A stretch of 64,000 bases of DNA, taken from contig WJKM01000009.1 in assembly GCA_014729085.1 (NCBI GenBank), positions 61,973-125,972 on the forward strand. The letters run 5' to 3'. This DNA comes from Candidatus Dojkabacteria bacterium (GTDB taxonomy: Bacteria; Patescibacteriota; Dojkabacteria; B142; WJKM01). The translations under genes were made by a program, and so were the position numbers. Numbering within the stretch: the first letter of the stretch is position 1; each line of letters begins with the position of its first letter. This document shows, one piece after another, positions 47,869-56,637 of the stretch. The notes under the pieces were generated by a model. That model was not told the origin of the DNA. It made no database searches and saw only the letters and a list, made by a program, of their open reading frames with translations.

Positions 47869-48642
47869 CTATTCATTATTACTAAGATAAATCTTGCCCT
47901 CTGATAAAATTTCAACTCCTGCTTCAGTGTAAATATTATCATTTATTTGGGCTTTAATAAACTGACCTGATGGTTGAAACCATATACCATCCTTAGTTGG
48001 AAAAGAAAGTTGGGTTGCAATTGTTCCAGTTGTACATCCTTCTTCGTAAGTAATTGTATCAATGGATTTAACCCAAATTAAGGGTTTTAATTTGTTTGAG
48101 TCTATAATTTGAATAATCCCCAAGCATGGAAAGCTGTTTGTATTTAGTTCCTTATCAATTTTATTTAATAAATTGATATTAATATTTTTAATAATTGCTT
48201 CCTTTGTGACAAAATATGCAATACCATCTAAATGAACACTATATCCTGAAACACCAAGCTGATTGCAGAATTTAAATCTCGGTTTATTTTTTATTGTTTT
48301 AAGTGGAAGTGAAAGTTTGACAAATTTTTGAATCTTATTCCTTGTAATAATATCTGCTTTAAAAGATTGATTTACTGAAAGAATTGAAGTTGAGCCTGAA
48401 AAATTGTTCATTATTACAGTGCTTGCAAGAAGTGCACCACCACAAAGCTCATCTCCAAATGTATCCATTACACAATAGTTTTCTTTTTTTGAGAGAAATG
48501 CATATTGTTCAGCTTCAATATTTTTATTTTTAATAATGGATTCGACAATATTTTTTCTTTGGATGATGTTATCAACTGAAAGTATAAAACCTGTACGATT
48601 TCCAGCGGTACTTGTTTTAATAAATTTAAATGGTTTAATCAT
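47869..48642 (-). CDS. CntK-like PLP-independent amino-acid (histidine) racemase, DapF fold
   Basis: AGNRT, EQ.AF, GDELCGGA (Cys 1), LKPLIWV..IDT..YEEGCTTGT (Cys 2), QPSG and EGKIY, colinear with S. aureus CntK as I recall it. Confidence 0.75.
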   Translation of the reverse strand: MIKPFKFIKTSTAGNRTGFILSVDNIIQRKNIVESIIKNKNIEAEQYAFLSKKENYCVMDTFGDELCGGALLASTVIMNNFSGSTSILSVNQSFKADIITRNKIQKFVKLSLPLKTIKNKPRFKFCNQLGVSGYSVHLDGIAYFVTKEAIIKNININLLNKIDKELNTNSFPCLGIIQIIDSNKLKPLIWVKSIDTITYEEGCTTGTIATQLSFPTKDGIWFQPSGQFIKAQINDNIYTEAGVEILSEGKIYLSNNE

Positions 48643-48652
48643 AATTTCATAA

Positions 48653-48681
48653 TAAAAAAATAAACTCCAAATTTTTGGAGT
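48653..48681 (-). terminator. Intrinsic terminator in the leader of the racemase-hisS operon
   Basis: ACTCCAA-aaat-TTGGAGT followed by a T-tract, ending about 10 nt before the ATG. Confidence 0.65.
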
Positions 48682-48730
48682 AAATAAACTTGCTTAAGAC
48701 TGGATATGGAATAAAAGAGAATATACCAGC

Positions 48731-48784
48731 CTAAAGCTGGTTACTATGAGTAAAATATTGTATTAGTTTATTATTAAAATTCAT
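48731..48784 (-). CDS. Putative 17-aa leader peptide
   Basis: MNFNNKLIQYFTHSNQL. It starts 8 nt after the -10 box, and its stop codon lies in the loop of the CCAGC-tttag-GCTGG hairpin. Confidence 0.5.
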   Translation of the reverse strand: MNFNNKLIQYFTHSNQL

Positions 48785-48792
48785 ATTAATAT

Positions 48793-48821
48793 ATAATACA
48801 ACTTTACCATAATAAAGTCAA
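48793..48821 (-). promoter_or_regulatory. sigma70 promoter of the leader-racemase-hisS operon
   Basis: TTGACT-17 nt-TATTAT with a TG element upstream of the -10 box. Confidence 0.7.
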
Positions 48822-48954
48822 GAAGGAGTAAAACTTATAATAAATATATTTCGTATTAGACCGAAAATATACAGAATATATATGGAATATACTTGCCTAT
48901 ATTTTAGATACATAATAATATATATGTGTTAAATATTGTAATAAATATTATTTA

Positions 48955-49920
48955 ATGAGCATTTTTAACAATTTATTTACACCACTGAATATTGCTGTCG
49001 TACTTCTAATTGCCATATCAATAGCATTTATAATTCGTTTGATTAAGAAAAAGAAAAAACTTTCTATTTATTTTCATGGTCACGTAAATCACGATATCCT
49101 TGATTTAATAATTAAAAAGTATAATCATATTAATATTTCAGGTGAACAAAGAATTTTAACAGTTATGTTTATTGATATTAAAGGTTTTACAGCTTTGTCT
49201 GAGAATCTATCAAATAAAAAGATTGTTGAGTTATTAAATACATATTTCAGTGATATTTCTAAGATTATTTTTACTCATTATGGTACCGTTGATAAGTATA
49301 TCGGAGATACAGTAATGGCGTTCTGGGGAGCTCCACTTCTTGACAGATATCAGGCTTCGAATGCATTAAAGGCTGCAATTGAGATACAAAACTATTTTCA
49401 ACAAAAAGGCAGGGGTATTAGAATTGGAATAAACACAGGACCGGTTTTGGTCGGGAATATAGGAAATCCGAATATGATGAGTTACACCGCTATTGGAGAT
49501 TCTGTTAATGTGGCTTCCAGACTTGAATCGCTTTGCAAACAATATGGGGTTAATATTTTGTTTTCAAAAAGCACAAAAGAAAAATTGCAAAGTGAGGTTA
49601 AAAGTATAGATAAAGAAGTTTTTTGGAGGGAAATAGATAAGGTAAGAGTCTATGGTAGAAGAGAAGTTACATATATTTATGAGCTTATAGGTTCAAAAGA
49701 AAGAATTTTACCACGTGAGATAAGTGGATATGAATATTTTGAGGATGGTTTAATATGTTATCGAAATGGAAATTGGGAAAAAGCAGAATCATTATTTCGT
49801 AGAGCATCTCGTAGGTTAAATAAGGATAAAGCTTCTAAAACATTTATTAAAAGATGTAAAAAATTTCAAATAAGCCCACCAAAAGGTAAGTGGAATGGTA
49901 CCTTGACATTACTTAAGTAA
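48955..49920 (+). CDS. Class III adenylate cyclase, single TM, C-terminal TPR-like helix pair
   Basis: MFIDIKGFT, VDKYIGD, RIGINTG and YTAIGDSVNVASRLE motifs; the Lys/Thr specificity residues point to ATP. Confidence 0.9.
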   Translation: MSIFNNLFTPLNIAVVLLIAISIAFIIRLIKKKKKLSIYFHGHVNHDILDLIIKKYNHINISGEQRILTVMFIDIKGFTALSENLSNKKIVELLNTYFSDISKIIFTHYGTVDKYIGDTVMAFWGAPLLDRYQASNALKAAIEIQNYFQQKGRGIRIGINTGPVLVGNIGNPNMMSYTAIGDSVNVASRLESLCKQYGVNILFSKSTKEKLQSEVKSIDKEVFWREIDKVRVYGRREVTYIYELIGSKERILPREISGYEYFEDGLICYRNGNWEKAESLFRRASRRLNKDKASKTFIKRCKKFQISPPKGKWNGTLTLLK

Positions 49921-49923
49921 TAC

Positions 49924-51039
49924 TTAGTTTATAATATCTGTAATCAGACCTTTTGTGCCAAATCCTACATCGTAAAATTTGTAGTGGTAGTTTGCGGCTA
50001 ATTCTTGAAGTAAACTTTTATTTGAATGATAAGTCAACAGCGCACCTGATTTATCCTTGCCTTGTCCTCCTGCTCCAGAGATTTTACATGCACCTCCCCT
50101 AGATCTAATAATAGCAGAAATTTCCTTGACTCTATCAGATACAACACCTAATTTTTCTAATAAGATACCATTAGAGTTAATAAAATCTATATATTTTTTA
50201 GTACTGAATTTATTACTTTCAGATTCATTAATAAATTGTTCTAAGTTTGTTTGAATTGCATCAAATATTTTATTAGTTCTTCTTCTATTGAATGATTTTT
50301 CTTTTTGTACAAAATTTACCAATTCACCTGTCGATTGATCAGCGGATCCGGTATGAATAATGATTGAATTAGAAAGCATGGATTTTAGATCTGGATTTTT
50401 TATTTCTAATTGTTTTATAGAAGGTTTACTTGTTGATTTTTTTGAAAACTGTATCATTTGTCCATAAACTATTATTGCTGGATCTGCTCCGCTAGGATTC
50501 CCGTGTTGAAACTTTTCATATTCCAGTGTCAGATCAAATATTTTTTTATTATTAAAGTCGATTTCTGCAGCTTTAAGCATAGAAGAGATTAAAGAAGCTC
50601 CTAAAGAAGCAGAAAATCCGAAACCTGCCGAAAAAGGTAAATTGGAATTGAAGTTGATATTAAAAGACGGATAATACCCGAGATGTTTATCAATCTCTGT
50701 TAAGGCAATGGCAAAAATGATTTTAAAAAACCCATAATCTTCGTTAACAACTTTAGATAGTGATTGAAAATCCCCTCCACTCAAATAATTATTACGAGCT
50801 TTTTGGGCTTGTTCATATGTTTTGAATATTTCTTGTTGGGAATAAGACATATCTTTCATTTTATAAAGAGGGTTTTTATACTCCAAGAAATTAATATTTC
50901 CATTTTTGCCCGTTATTTGGGCTTCTGCAGAAGAATTTAAATTAATTGTTGTTAGTATCGCATCATACTTAGGATAGACTACTGTATGTTCACCAAATAG
51001 AATTGTTTTTCCCGGTGTAACTGCAAATGCTTTTGACAT
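49924..51039 (-). CDS. mvk: GHMP kinase, probable mevalonate kinase
   Basis: PGKTILFGEHTVVY, P.SAGFGFSAS, E...HGNPSGAD and KISGAGG motifs. Confidence 0.8.
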   Translation of the reverse strand: MSKAFAVTPGKTILFGEHTVVYPKYDAILTTINLNSSAEAQITGKNGNINFLEYKNPLYKMKDMSYSQQEIFKTYEQAQKARNNYLSGGDFQSLSKVVNEDYGFFKIIFAIALTEIDKHLGYYPSFNINFNSNLPFSAGFGFSASLGASLISSMLKAAEIDFNNKKIFDLTLEYEKFQHGNPSGADPAIIVYGQMIQFSKKSTSKPSIKQLEIKNPDLKSMLSNSIIIHTGSADQSTGELVNFVQKEKSFNRRRTNKIFDAIQTNLEQFINESESNKFSTKKYIDFINSNGILLEKLGVVSDRVKEISAIIRSRGGACKISGAGGQGKDKSGALLTYHSNKSLLQELAANYHYKFYDVGFGTKGLITDIIN

Positions 51040-51040
51040 A

Positions 51041-51889
51041 TTAAAGTAATTTATAATATTGGAAAATATCAATCAACCCATTTTGATCAACATGGCTACC
51101 AATACAGCTGTTATCGTAACGCATAATTTTCTTCTTAAGATTTTTGTGTCCATTAGCTAGCGTAGCTTTATAACTGCATTCTGAAATGAAATCCCAGTCA
51201 TTCATTCCATCACCTACACCTAAGGTATATTGCAGGTTAAGTGGAATAACCTTTACTAGTTCCAGTAATCCAGATTTTTTACTTATATTTTTACATGTTA
51301 ATACAGCCGCCCAATAACTACCGAGTTTGGGTGCATAACTCCATTTAAAATCAATATGGTTATCATAATTTTGAATTCTTTTTTCTATATTTGTTTTATA
51401 ATCTTGAAGAGTGAATAAGCTTACTCTTACTATCTTTTCGTTGTTGATAATTTCCTGAAGATTATCAACTTTCATCGGTCCTATTCCTCTTAACTCCGTT
51501 AAAATATCTGTGAGATTCGATTGTTGTGCTGTGTCGATATAGTAATTTTTAGTTGTATTTATTTCTGTATAAATATTTGATTCTATACTATCCTTAATAA
51601 TTTTTTTTGCTATATCTCTATTTATATAATATATGCTTAATTTTTTACTTTTTGGTGAGTAAACAATTGCTCCATTATCAGATATAAATGGAATATTTTC
51701 TAGGTCTAAATATTTGATCAGTTCTTTAGTAGCTACCATAGGTTTAGCTGTACATAGAATAATCTGAATTTTGTTTTCTTGGATTATCTTTAGCATCTCT
51801 ATTACTTTTGGATTCGGTTTAGGATAATTGAATCCATTTTTACTTCCTATGAGTACACCATCTATATCAAGGATAATTGCTTGGATCAT
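51041..51889 (-). CDS. Cof-type HAD-IIB phosphatase
   Basis: LDIDGVL, LCTAK, DNGA, SKKSGL and GDGMNDWDF motifs. Confidence 0.88.
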   Translation of the reverse strand: MIQAIILDIDGVLIGSKNGFNYPKPNPKVIEMLKIIQENKIQIILCTAKPMVATKELIKYLDLENIPFISDNGAIVYSPKSKKLSIYYINRDIAKKIIKDSIESNIYTEINTTKNYYIDTAQQSNLTDILTELRGIGPMKVDNLQEIINNEKIVRVSLFTLQDYKTNIEKRIQNYDNHIDFKWSYAPKLGSYWAAVLTCKNISKKSGLLELVKVIPLNLQYTLGVGDGMNDWDFISECSYKATLANGHKNLKKKIMRYDNSCIGSHVDQNGLIDIFQYYKLL

Positions 51890-51923
51890 ATTACAATATT
51901 TATAAAGTCATATATTTATTGAA

Positions 51924-52550
51924 TTATAATACATTTAGTAAATCTAAATCTTTTAAGTAAGATTCAAGCTGCTCAGGATCGTGGTACAAAAATGTATTAA
52001 TCTTTGTAAGTTTTGCATTCAAAAGATACTCTTCTTTATTATCAATCATTAAAGTTTCTGAAGGATTAATATCTAACTTTTGGATTACATATTTGTAGAC
52101 TTTGGTGCTTTGTTTAATTGCTTTTATTTGAGAGGATAAAAATATATTTGAATGAAAATATTTATGAATACCTTGAGGTGAGTTTTTATTTGTTTCTAAA
52201 TATTGAACTAAAATATTATAAGAGTTAGAAAGAACTGCTAGAAGTATTTCAGGCTTAATTTTTTTGATAATTTCAATAACATTTGGATCTGGACTTTCAA
52301 ATATTTGTAACGATTGTTTAAATAGCTGCTTATTTTCTTCGTTTATTTTTACTTTCAATTGTTTGAGAGCAAAGTTTGCATACTCATTAAAAGAAATTGT
52401 TCCCTTGCAATAATTATCATAATACTTTTGTCTATTAGTTCTAGTAATTTTTTTAAACTGTTTTATACTTTTATTGAATAAATCAGCTCCTTTTTGCCAG
52501 TTAGTTTTGAATATAACTCCTCCAAGGTCAAATATTATATTTTTTATCAT
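51924..52550 (-). CDS. HAD-IA phosphatase (YihX-like)
   Basis: IIFDLGGV, VLSN, K and MIDN motifs. Confidence 0.82.
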   Translation of the reverse strand: MIKNIIFDLGGVIFKTNWQKGADLFNKSIKQFKKITRTNRQKYYDNYCKGTISFNEYANFALKQLKVKINEENKQLFKQSLQIFESPDPNVIEIIKKIKPEILLAVLSNSYNILVQYLETNKNSPQGIHKYFHSNIFLSSQIKAIKQSTKVYKYVIQKLDINPSETLMIDNKEEYLLNAKLTKINTFLYHDPEQLESYLKDLDLLNVL

Positions 52551-52551
52551 A

Positions 52552-53532
52552 TTAGAATAAATGATTATCGGTTAGATATGCACCATTACCAGGCCTATTA
52601 ATTCTTATATCTTTTACTTCTGGTACAGATTCAAGCTTGTTATTAATCTTTTGAACTGTGTCTGGTTCGCAAAGAATATGGACATCCTGCCCGGTATTAA
52701 CTGTAAAATAAGCTTTTATATTTTCTTGTTTGCGCCATTGCTTTATTAGTTTCATTATCTTCAAACTTTCTGGAGTCCAGTAAATTAATTGAGGAGTGGA
52801 ACTTAACATTATGCAGTGTAGTTCCATTGCTTCCAATTCGATGAATTCCCCAAGCTTCTGAAAGTTCTTTTCCTTTATTATTTTCTTACATAATTGATTT
52901 TTTTGTTTCATATATTTAAGCCTAGTCTCAAAAAACGGACTTGTTTGAGCATAAGTATGTCCAATAGATGTTGGTACAAGTTTTTTGTCTTTACTTACAA
53001 CCGCAATAATGTCAATTAATTCCCAGTGATTTTTAGGGAATAATTGTTTTACATATGATGATTCGCTTGTATCTCCGTCAACCCATTCGCAAAAACCTCC
53101 TAAAATAGATCTGCTAGAAGAACCTGATCCTTGGCGTGACAAAATTGTTAACTCTTTATTCTCTATATTAAGATTAGAAGCTGCAGTAGCAGCTTTTGTA
53201 AGTGCAGCGAAACCAGAAGCAGAAGAAGATAATCCGGTACTTGTAGGAAAGTTGTTTTCTGACACAACTTTTGCAAATAATTTAATTCTAGCTCTTTTTC
53301 GAATTCTATCTAAATGCTTGGAAACACGTTTTGCTTCTTTATCAATTTTTTGTCCATCAATAATGATGTCGTCGCTATCATATTTATCTGAGAATTCGAC
53401 TGTTGTGGTTGTTAATAGATTGTCAAGGGTCATTGAAATACTCCCATTAGATGGAAGTCTTAATTTTTCATCTTTTCGGCCCCAATATTTTGTAAATGCA
53501 ATATTTGAACCAGCAATTGCTGTAGATTTCAT
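52552..53532 (-). CDS. mvaD: Diphosphomevalonate decarboxylase
   Basis: NIAFTKYWG, SISMTL, NNFPT..GLSSSASGFAAL and R.GSGSSSRS motifs. Confidence 0.92.
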   Translation of the reverse strand: MKSTAIAGSNIAFTKYWGRKDEKLRLPSNGSISMTLDNLLTTTTVEFSDKYDSDDIIIDGQKIDKEAKRVSKHLDRIRKRARIKLFAKVVSENNFPTSTGLSSSASGFAALTKAATAASNLNIENKELTILSRQGSGSSSRSILGGFCEWVDGDTSESSYVKQLFPKNHWELIDIIAVVSKDKKLVPTSIGHTYAQTSPFFETRLKYMKQKNQLCKKIIKEKNFQKLGEFIELEAMELHCIMLSSTPQLIYWTPESLKIMKLIKQWRKQENIKAYFTVNTGQDVHILCEPDTVQKINNKLESVPEVKDIRINRPGNGAYLTDNHLF

Positions 53533-53549
53533 ATCAAATATGTAATATA

Positions 53550-54050
53550 TTAATTTATTAAGTTTAATGTTCTCAGACACTTTTTACAGGCTGGAGTTAA
53601 CTTATTAGCAATACTTTTGATTGATTCTTTGTTATAAAACTTTACTTCATCCACCTCTTTACGACTAATCATAAAAGGACCATTGTGAATTCCGGTAAAT
53701 ATTGAAATATAAGCTCTATTTTGTGGAGTATTTGTTATAAATTTTTTTGTAAAGTGTAATTCAATATCTTTTATCCCAAGTTCCTCCTTAACTTCCTTTA
53801 ATGCAGCTTCTTCATATGTTTCACCTTTTTCAACATGACCGGTGGGTGAGTTTGTATACATACCAGGGAAGGTTTTTTTGTTTGTACTTCTTTTTTGGAT
53901 TAAGAATTCACCTTTTTTATTAAGAAGACAAATATGTACTTCTCGATGTAATAATAGTTTAGATGGATTATGGCAAATGCTTCTTGGTTGAAAATCAATG
54001 ATTTTATCATTTTTATCGACAACTATTAGAGTTTCAATTTTTTGATTCAT
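53550..54050 (-). CDS. Nudix protein, IDI-1/YfcD-like
   Basis: LLHR, LIQKRS..K.TFPG and GHV..GETYEEAA.KEV.EELGI motifs. Confidence 0.82.
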   Translation of the reverse strand: MNQKIETLIVVDKNDKIIDFQPRSICHNPSKLLLHREVHICLLNKKGEFLIQKRSTNKKTFPGMYTNSPTGHVEKGETYEEAALKEVKEELGIKDIELHFTKKFITNTPQNRAYISIFTGIHNGPFMISRKEVDEVKFYNKESIKSIANKLTPACKKCLRTLNLIN

Positions 54051-54146
54051 AAGCCTGCATTAATATATTACATAAATTATAGAATAAATAGTGATTTGAA
54101 GAAATATATCTTATAGTGTATAATAATAGTATATTAAACAAATTAA

Positions 54147-54794
54147 ATGCCAAAAGAAAACTTACAAAATATTGAAAACAAAGAACCTTCTAGTGAAGAA
54201 ATTGAATATGTTGCTGTAATAAATAATGAAGGCGAAGTAGAATTCGAAGCGAGAGATAAAGCATCAAATCCTGAAAATGATCTAAAAAGGTTAATTATAG
54301 GCTTGTTAGGATTTACAAGGAATGAAGAAGGAGAAGATTGTATGATACTTCAAAGACGTTCCAGATCCAAAAAGGAATATCCTGATCATTTAACATTTGC
54401 AGCATCTGGACATATAAATCCTGAAGACTTGGTTGAAGATGAAGTTGATTTTATAGGTGCTATGGCTAGAGAACTAAATGAGGAGATGGGTATTACTACT
54501 ATACCAAGTTTAGCATTAATTTCATCTTTTGAAAGTAGAGAACAAAAAGAAGGATACCCTGATATAAGGAAAGAAATGATGTTAGGGGTTACTCAAATTG
54601 AGCTTTCTCAATTAGAAAATTTTACTACGACAGATGAAGTTAGTAGTTATGAATTAATTCCTTGGGAAAAAGTATTAACTCAGGTCATGACTGATCCAGA
54701 AGATAGGGAAGAGAAGTATAAATTTACAATTCCATTTGAGCAGTCAATTCTTCATTTAGTTGACACAGCAGATGCCTTAATGCGAGAACCTTAA
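54147..54794 (+). CDS. Nudix protein, IDI-like, acidic
   Basis: LQRRS..K..YP, ASGHI, ARELNEEMGI and DEV motifs. Confidence 0.75.
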   Translation: MPKENLQNIENKEPSSEEIEYVAVINNEGEVEFEARDKASNPENDLKRLIIGLLGFTRNEEGEDCMILQRRSRSKKEYPDHLTFAASGHINPEDLVEDEVDFIGAMARELNEEMGITTIPSLALISSFESREQKEGYPDIRKEMMLGVTQIELSQLENFTTTDEVSSYELIPWEKVLTQVMTDPEDREEKYKFTIPFEQSILHLVDTADALMREP

Positions 54795-55762
54795 TTTTCT
54801 AATCTGACTCCTTCCACATTAGTCTTAATTTTAATTGGTTCACCTCCTGCGTTTAAGATGGCGTTTTCTATTTGATTCATCTTTGATTTCGGAGCAACAG
54901 CTATCATATTGTCTCCTATACCAGCACCGGAGAGTTTAGCACCAAAAGCTCCAGAATTACGCGCTGCATATACTAGTTTTGAAAGTATTAAACTATTTAC
55001 ACCTAGAGATTCTAAATAACCTTGATTGAAATTCATCAGATCACCAAATAATTTCAAATCATAGTCCAATAGGGCTTTTTTACCTTTCTGTACTAAATAT
55101 GAAATTGAATCAAATATAGAGTTTACTACATTCGGATATTTTTCTAATTTTTCTGCTACTTTTTCTACTATATCTGCGGTATGAGCTTTAGTTTTTGTGT
55201 AACCTATTATTAAAGGCAAGGATTCTACATCAATTTTTTTAATTATTTCTCCTCTTTTAGAGTAAAATAAAGTTTTTCCATATACTGCAGCTGCTATATC
55301 AAATCCAGAGCTTAGTCCTCGAATATCAAAGTGAGTTTTATAAGCCAAATTAAAAACTTGTCTAGGTGTAATTTTAATCCCAAATATCTCGGCCAAAGCT
55401 TTGATTGTACATACTGCAGAAGCAGAAGAGGATCCAAAACCCAATTTTGAAGAGAATTCTGAATTTGTTGAGATCGAAATTCCAGTATCAATTTTATATT
55501 CATCACTAAAGTTTTTAACCGCAGTTTCAATATACAATGCACCTTTGGGAATATCATTCTGCAAAAGTTTATTAAAAGGTTTTTTGTAATTTTTTACTTT
55601 AACATCCGGTGCGTTTAAGATTAAAATATCATCTTTAATAATGTGCATATTAAGATACAGTCTTTGTTCAACGGCTGTAACGATACATGGATGCTTGTGA
55701 ACAACTGAGTGTTCTCCCAATAACATTAATTTCCCAGGAGCAGATACTTTAATTTTTTTCAT
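54791..55762 (-). CDS. GHMP kinase, probable phosphomevalonate kinase
   Basis: APGKLMLLGEH, KLGFGSSSA, SGFDIAAAVYG and KLSGAGIGDNMIA; the last two are closer to MvaK2-type motifs. Confidence 0.7.
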   Translation of the reverse strand: MKKIKVSAPGKLMLLGEHSVVHKHPCIVTAVEQRLYLNMHIIKDDILILNAPDVKVKNYKKPFNKLLQNDIPKGALYIETAVKNFSDEYKIDTGISISTNSEFSSKLGFGSSSASAVCTIKALAEIFGIKITPRQVFNLAYKTHFDIRGLSSGFDIAAAVYGKTLFYSKRGEIIKKIDVESLPLIIGYTKTKAHTADIVEKVAEKLEKYPNVVNSIFDSISYLVQKGKKALLDYDLKLFGDLMNFNQGYLESLGVNSLILSKLVYAARNSGAFGAKLSGAGIGDNMIAVAPKSKMNQIENAILNAGGEPIKIKTNVEGVRLEN

Positions 55763-56497
55763 TTATAATTCAATTTTTAAGTAATTTAGCAGTACATTTT
55801 GGATGGTATTATGTTTAACCTTTTGAATTTTATCAGGAATTTGAGTGTTTTCATCAATATTGTTTGTAATTAGAAACCCTTTTTTAGTTTTTAAAAGAAG
55901 TGGAATATCCCCAACTGAATCTCCAACTGAAAATGTAAAGTTAAAATCAATTTCTTTGAATTTTTTTTTCATAAATTCGGCTTTATTCAATGAGTTACAA
56001 TAAAATAGAACTTCTCCATTGTATTTTTTGTGAGGATCCTTTTTAAGGATTGAGTTTAATTGTCCATTAATTTCAATATGCGGTGCATCTTTATTGAGTA
56101 GATACTTAAATAGTCTTACAAAAGCTCCGGTAGAATTTGTCACAATATAGATTTTAATATCAAGATTATTCAGTTTTTCAAATATAGGTATTACCCAAGA
56201 AGCTATTTGCGAAATTTTTAAATTATTTTTAGAAAAGCTGATTAAATCACTGAAAAGTACATCTTCGGATTTATTCTGATATTCTAAGGCAAGCAAATCA
56301 ATAAAGTCTTTTGCTAATTTATCGTAGTTATGATCAATTTTATAATTAACAACCAAATTCCTAGTATGATTAGAAAAGGTTTCATATTCTTCTTTAAAAT
56401 AAATTTTTTTGTCGGTTTTATAATGAAGTCCAAATTGTAGAATAAATACATGCTCAAATAAAGTTCCATCTAAATCAAACAGTGAATATTTTATCAT
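55763..56497 (-). CDS. HAD-IB phosphatase
   Basis: FDLDGTL, IVTNS, NK and VGDSVGDIPLL motifs. Confidence 0.82.
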   Translation of the reverse strand: MIKYSLFDLDGTLFEHVFILQFGLHYKTDKKIYFKEEYETFSNHTRNLVVNYKIDHNYDKLAKDFIDLLALEYQNKSEDVLFSDLISFSKNNLKISQIASWVIPIFEKLNNLDIKIYIVTNSTGAFVRLFKYLLNKDAPHIEINGQLNSILKKDPHKKYNGEVLFYCNSLNKAEFMKKKFKEIDFNFTFSVGDSVGDIPLLLKTKKGFLITNNIDENTQIPDKIQKVKHNTIQNVLLNYLKIEL

Positions 56498-56637
56498 CAA
56501 TATCAATTTTAATATTATTAGCTACTGTAATTATATATCTTTTGAATTCTAATATTAAATGTTAGAATTGATTGATTATTATTAGCACAAAATAATGCTA
56601 TTGATATTTAACAATCAATATATAATTTTAAAAAAAT

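Noticed and set aside
48645-48790. T-box riboswitch or classical His-run attenuator for hisS
   Set aside because: No T-box consensus and no run of His codons; retained only as a non-classical candidate.
56582-56600. TTAGCAC...TGCTA palindrome upstream of pyk resembling CIRCE
   Set aside because: The spacing is far shorter than the 9-9-9 CIRCE geometry.
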